Below, in pieces: positions 29,010 through 33,299 of a stretch of 33,299 nt of DNA. The translations under genes and the position numbers were made by a program. The first letter of the stretch is position 1. The number at the start of each line of letters is the position of its first letter. The notes under the pieces were generated by a model. That model was not told the DNA's origin. It was given only the letters and a program-made list of their open reading frames with translations, and did not search any database. Origin of the DNA: Chrysochromulina tobinii (lineage: Eukaryota). The stretch lies in NCBI GenBank assembly GCA_001275005.1, contig JWZX01001549.1, forward strand, positions 1 through 33,299, written 5' to 3'.

Positions 29010-30704
29010 ATGGGCTCCATTGCTGATGCTTTCGCCACCGCTGATTTCGCCAATGCCGCCGCGGCTGTGGGAGCGGCGGCTGAGGGCGCAGCCGGTGACG
29101 GAAAGAAGTCGCTGGCGAGCCTAAGCCTGCACGCCTTCCTCGAACATTTCCGCCTCGAAGGCCTCACAGAGGCTCTCGTCGACATCGGGATTACGCGGCC
29201 GATGGACACGCGCATCCTGACGCGCGCGGACCTTCGCTTGCTTGGAATCGCCCATGCACACATGGCAAACAGCGTGTGGCATCGGCTGCAGTACGCGCTG
29301 CAGAGGACCTTTGGCGCAGACTACGATTGTGCGGCGGCGGCAGTGGAGGCGGAGGCGGAGGTGGTGAGCGCGTCCGACAAGCGCACGCTGGACAAGGCTT
29401 CCGAATGGAGTACCACCTCCTCCTTGCGCGGCCGTGGCAGCTTCGAGCGTGGGGCTAGCAATGCCGCCGCTGATTACGCACGTGCTCGCACGTATGGCTC
29501 GTATGATCGCCAGTGCGAGCTCGAGCTGCGCCGCTTACTACAGGGGGGGGCTAGGCGGCGTAACGACGTTTCCGCGCTCACATCGCCGGGGCGGAAGGGT
29601 GCACGCAGCTTCATGCTCAGCCAGGGCAGCAGCCGCTCAGACGCGCCGACACGATCATCGAGGCGTCTGAGGGGCGAGTCACCCTCCTCGTCACTGCCGC
29701 CACCTTCGCCGCCTGCGGTTATATCGGGCACGGCGCGCGTGCATGCTCGGCTCCTCGAGCGCGCAGGAGGGGGCGCGACGAATGCGGTGCACACCCGGGG
29801 GAGCGCCCGTGACGGCGCCAATGGTTACGACGCCTCGCTCACCGCCCGCCCGCATACTATCGCTCACGAAACCGCCAGCGGGCCGCGACCACAAGCCTTG
29901 AAGCCTGTCGAACGCTTCCTGTTGCGCCGGTTAGAGGGTCCGAGGCCTAGCCGAAAGGAGGCGGCACATGCCCCAGCGTGCGGTGCACCGCCCCACCGCC
30001 AGCCTGCCACCACCATGACCGTCGCGGCCATCCTGACCGCCGGCACCCATGCGACGAGCAGTACGATACCCCCCCGTTCCCCCAGGGGCGCCCCGCCTCC
30101 GAGCGCACAAGCGAGCATCAATGGAATACTGCCGCTCAACTCATGTCCTCCTTCCTCTGCAGCCTCGGCTTGTGGAGCTTCAGCCTACGACACCTCCGAA
30201 CATGGGGAACATGGCGCGTGGGGCGGCTGTTCTGGTGGCTACAGCTACAGCAGTGGCTGCGGTGGTGGCTGCCATGGCGCTGGCGCCACCCAGGTGCAGC
30301 TGCCCTTCCTCGTGTGCAACTCGGCCGAGGTTTGGGGCCCAATTCAGCGAGGCTCACCCACCGCCATAGCGCGTGTGCACCCAGGCCACGCCCGCGCTAA
30401 ATCGCCGAGCTTGGCAGTGCGACGATGCTGTGCGCCTGTGGTTCCGTCCGTGGAGCTGCTCGACGGGGGTGAGGTGGATGAGGCGTGGGGTCACGTTGAC
30501 GAAGCGTTCGATAGCCTCGCCGGATGGGATCACGAAAGCAGTGACCCGGCCATTGCCTCTGCGATACAGGAGGAGACAGCCCGGTCGCCACGCTCGCCAC
30601 GTTGTAACACGAGGGATGTGCGCTCTTCCCAGCGCCGGCGCTACCCAATCAAAAACCTCCACGCTCGAGCCCCAACGGTGCTGTTCGCGACGCCCGCATT
30701 CTGA
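29010..30704 (+). CDS. Hypothetical protein with N-terminal SAM-like domain and long low-complexity tail (about 564 aa)
   Basis: SLHAFLEHFRLEGLTEALVDIGITRPMDTRILTRADLRLLGI fits the sterile alpha motif pattern. The remainder is unrecognised and could include unspliced intron sequence. Confidence 0.6.
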   Translation: MGSIADAFATADFANAAAAVGAAAEGAAGDGKKSLASLSLHAFLEHFRLEGLTEALVDIGITRPMDTRILTRADLRLLGIAHAHMANSVWHRLQYALQRTFGADYDCAAAAVEAEAEVVSASDKRTLDKASEWSTTSSLRGRGSFERGASNAAADYARARTYGSYDRQCELELRRLLQGGARRRNDVSALTSPGRKGARSFMLSQGSSRSDAPTRSSRRLRGESPSSSLPPPSPPAVISGTARVHARLLERAGGGATNAVHTRGSARDGANGYDASLTARPHTIAHETASGPRPQALKPVERFLLRRLEGPRPSRKEAAHAPACGAPPHRQPATTMTVAAILTAGTHATSSTIPPRSPRGAPPPSAQASINGILPLNSCPPSSAASACGASAYDTSEHGEHGAWGGCSGGYSYSSGCGGGCHGAGATQVQLPFLVCNSAEVWGPIQRGSPTAIARVHPGHARAKSPSLAVRRCCAPVVPSVELLDGGEVDEAWGHVDEAFDSLAGWDHESSDPAIASAIQEETARSPRSPRCNTRDVRSSQRRRYPIKNLHARAPTVLFATPAF

Positions 30705-31254
30705 GGAGTGCGCTCCTGAAGTCTCGTATTCGCTATTCCGTTCTCGAGTGCAGTCAGAAAAAGGCACACGGCTGAGCTGCGATGGCGGAACCGTGAGGCG
30801 AGGCTTATCTGCGGAATGCTTGGGAGTTGGGTACACGCACACGCTGTACACGTGAGAGTCCACATTTATGTATCGCTCGCAACCTAGCAGCTCGGCTAGC
30901 ATTAGCATGCGCTCGGTACGGTACGTTCGGTACCGCTCGTACGAGTTTTCTTTTCCAGAGACTGAAACCCCGAAACTCATCTAATACGCTGTACTCTAAC
31001 CTGACCTAGTCTCCCCTAGACTCTACGCGATGAGTACAATTATTCTACTCACTAAAAAACTTGGGAAGTTGTATTGTCGTGCGTGTGCGGCCACGTACTG
31101 TGATCTGTGTGCACAAGACTCAAGAGTGCCACAGCTGTCCTGTTGAGTTTACCTATTGAGTGTTGTCATAGTACAAGGTGGAGCTCTGCCGCGCTTAACG
31201 TCCTCGCCATCGCTGAAGAACGCGTCCCTATCGAGCATCCTCAGGCAGGCGCCG

Positions 31255-33299
31255 TCACACGTGCACAGTGGCTGCGTGGCTGGCGCTCCCGCGTTCGCTC
31301 AGTGTGGGGGTCCGGCGGATGGCGGCTGGTTGGGAGGAGCCGGCACGCGGGGTGCTCGACACGCCCGCGTGCCGCGGCGGTGTGAACACATCGCCTGGGG
31401 CAAAGGGGGCCGGTCTGCCGGCAGTGGCGCTCATGGTAGTGGTGGTGGTGGCTGTCATGGCAAGGTCGCTGCTGCTGGCCGCTGGAACACTGCATTCCGG
31501 TGGTGGGAGACGATGGGCCTGAGGCATCGTGCTAGTCACGTCGGCACGCGGCAAGCCACGGCGCACAGACGCCCGAGGGAGGTCCACCGATGACCTTCGA
31601 AGCTCAGACCTTCCTCCGTGATAAGAGAGCGTGCGCGGCAGCGGCGAGGGTACATCGGGAGAGCGGAAGGTCGTAGCCGCGGGGCTCCAGCCCGGACTGC
31701 TGCAGAAGGAGTGAAGCTTGGGTGCTGCCTCGGTTGGTGACAGACTCCTGTACGTGAGGAGATGCTCCGTCAACTCGCGGAGCAACGGGAGAGCTCCGGA
31801 AGGCGAAGGTCGCGTGTGTGGCCGAGATGGACCGGCCAGCGCAGCGAGGCGCAGCCGGCAAAGCAACGTGTGTTTGAGACGCTGCGTGGGCGTCGCAGGG
31901 ACAATCCTCAGCACGACAAGCGACCTCCACAAAATCTGCCAGAGGCTCACAGCCGCCTCACGCATCGGTGCTTCGGCTGGCGCCCCGGCTGGCGCTTCAA
32001 GCACCGCGTCTGCCATCGCTCGCCAACGGATGACGAGGTGATGCAGCCGTCGAGCGCGGCGGCTCAACCTCAGCCAATGAGCGCGTACGCGGCGGTACAC
32101 CGAATCGCCGCGCGACCGGCGCAACCGGTGCGCCTCAAGCCACCTGCGCGCGTGCGTCTGAACAACCGACTCTGCGAGCGTGCGCATCTGGGCAAGCTTG
32201 GCCTCTACTGCGCGCCCGCGAACGGCTCGCCTGAGCGCGGCGAGGCGCACTCCCCTCTGCAGGGTGGTCGCCGCCCTCGCCGCCCGCTCCAGGCGTTCCG
32301 CCTCTGACTTGGCGGCGGAATCACGCTTCATCTTGCGCATCTGCAGCGTGCTGCGCACATGGGCCTGCAACCTCGCCGCCGCCCTCGCCGCCGCCGCCTC
32401 TCGCGCCTCCGTGGCAGCATGCGCCCGCTGCCGTGTCCGCTTCGCCAGCCAGGAGCGTGCCCTCGCTTGCAGCGACACTGCCGCCGTCTTCTCCTGCGCC
32501 GCACGCTGCGCCATCTGCGCCTTGCGCTCCTGCTCGATGTTTCGGCGGCGTCGGCGGATTAAGTACCAAAGTAGCATGAAACCGAGTATGGCCAACGTGA
32601 GCAGACCGAAGAAGAGAATGTCAGGAAGCGGCGGCGGCAGCCCGAAAGGGCAGTTCTCGAAGACGAAGCACGAGGGCGGCGAGGGAGCGGGCGACGGTAG
32701 CGCGGGCGGCTGCAGCGTCTGCCGCGTCACCGCACGCGAGAACGGCCCCTCGAGAGCGTCCACGGTGAGCACGGACGTGCCGGTGTAGTGAACCGCGATG
32801 GCGGCAGAGAGGCTTTGGGGGGTCTGTGCCGCCAGCACCTCGACGTAGCTCGTTGCCACGGTACGGTTGGGCGCGAAGACGACGGCTGTGGCACGCACTG
32901 AGGCTGGCTCTATAGTTAAAGTCACCATCGGAGGGGCAGTGCTAGCGCTTTGAAGGTCGCCGACAAGCGCCGCCACTCCTCTTCGAAGGGCAAGCCGCTC
33001 AGGGTCGCCGAATCGCTCGACAGTCAACGACTGGAGCAGCATGACGATATAGACGTCGTAACCTGCGTAAGCACGCCCTGGCGGTGCAGGTGGCCACGAG
33101 GGTGGCGCAGGAGGTGCCGGGAAGGGTGGCGCAGGAGGTGAGGGTGGGGGCGGCGAGGGCGGCGGCGAGGGTGGCGGCGGCAAGGGCGACTGCGAGGGCG
33201 GCGGCGGCGGCGACGGCGGCGACGAGGGCGGCGGCGGTGACGGCGGCGGCGGCGAGGGAGGTGGTTGCGAAGGTGGAGGGGGCGAAGGCGGGGGAGGAC
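31255..33299 (-). CDS. Single-pass membrane protein, 5'-partial: Ser/Pro-rich ectodomain, TM helix, cytosolic IQ motifs
   Basis: Frame is open to the right edge (PPPPSPPPPSQPPPSP...); TM ILFFGLLTLAILGFMLLWYLI followed by RRRRR; IQ-like LQARARSWLAKR, LQAHVRSTLQMR, LQRGVRLAALRR, VQTHARRWLEAHR. Confidence 0.8.
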   Translation of the reverse strand, partial: PPPPSPPPPSQPPPSPPPPSPPPPSSPPSPPPPPSQSPLPPPPSPPPSPPPPSPPAPPFPAPPAPPSWPPAPPGRAYAGYDVYIVMLLQSLTVERFGDPERLALRRGVAALVGDLQSASTAPPMVTLTIEPASVRATAVVFAPNRTVATSYVEVLAAQTPQSLSAAIAVHYTGTSVLTVDALEGPFSRAVTRQTLQPPALPSPAPSPPSCFVFENCPFGLPPPLPDILFFGLLTLAILGFMLLWYLIRRRRRNIEQERKAQMAQRAAQEKTAAVSLQARARSWLAKRTRQRAHAATEAREAAAARAAARLQAHVRSTLQMRKMKRDSAAKSEAERLERAARAATTLQRGVRLAALRRAVRGRAVEAKLAQMRTLAESVVQTHARRWLEAHRLRRSRGDSVYRRVRAHWLRLSRRARRLHHLVIRWRAMADAVLEAPAGAPAEAPMREAAVSLWQILWRSLVVLRIVPATPTQRLKHTLLCRLRLAALAGPSRPHTRPSPSGALPLLRELTEHLLTYRSLSPTEAAPKLHSFCSSPGWSPAATTFRSPDVPSPLPRTLSYHGGRSELRRSSVDLPRASVRRGLPRADVTSTMPQAHRLPPPECSVPAASSSDLAMTATTTTTMSATAGRPAPFAPGDVFTPPRHAGVSSTPRAGSSQPAAIRRTPTLSERGSASHAATVHV
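33080..33299 (-). repeat. Low-complexity (SPPPP)n coding repeat
   Basis: GGC/GAGGGC-rich tract encoding extensin-like Ser-Pro runs on the minus strand. Confidence 0.85.

Overview
Compact, very GC-rich eukaryotic nuclear DNA with GT-AG introns. A bipartite plastid leader and axonemal-type dynein debris suggest a flagellated alga with a complex plastid, probably a haptophyte (inference). Left to right: 5' half of alpha-tubulin (-), cyclophilin (-), a plastid-targeted CGL160/Atp1 (AtpI/UncI)-guanylate kinase fusion (+), LYR protein (-), frameshifted TMEM43-like gene (+), membrane J-domain protein (+), tandem C2H2 zinc-finger/UIM/RING-like gene (+), a rearranged dynein heavy-chain fragment, an MGCC acylation-motif protein (-), WASHC4/SWIP (-), a 12.5 kb ATM-lineage PIKK (+), a SAM-domain protein (+), and the 3' part of a Pro-rich single-pass membrane protein with IQ motifs (-). 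The strongest leads are the ATM-like protein lacking its catalytic residues (candidate pseudokinase independent of TRRAP), the Atp1-guanylate kinase fusion, the minisatellite-like ZF-RING gene and the head-to-head inverted dynein fragment. Family calls rest on motif recognition by eye; no database search was run.
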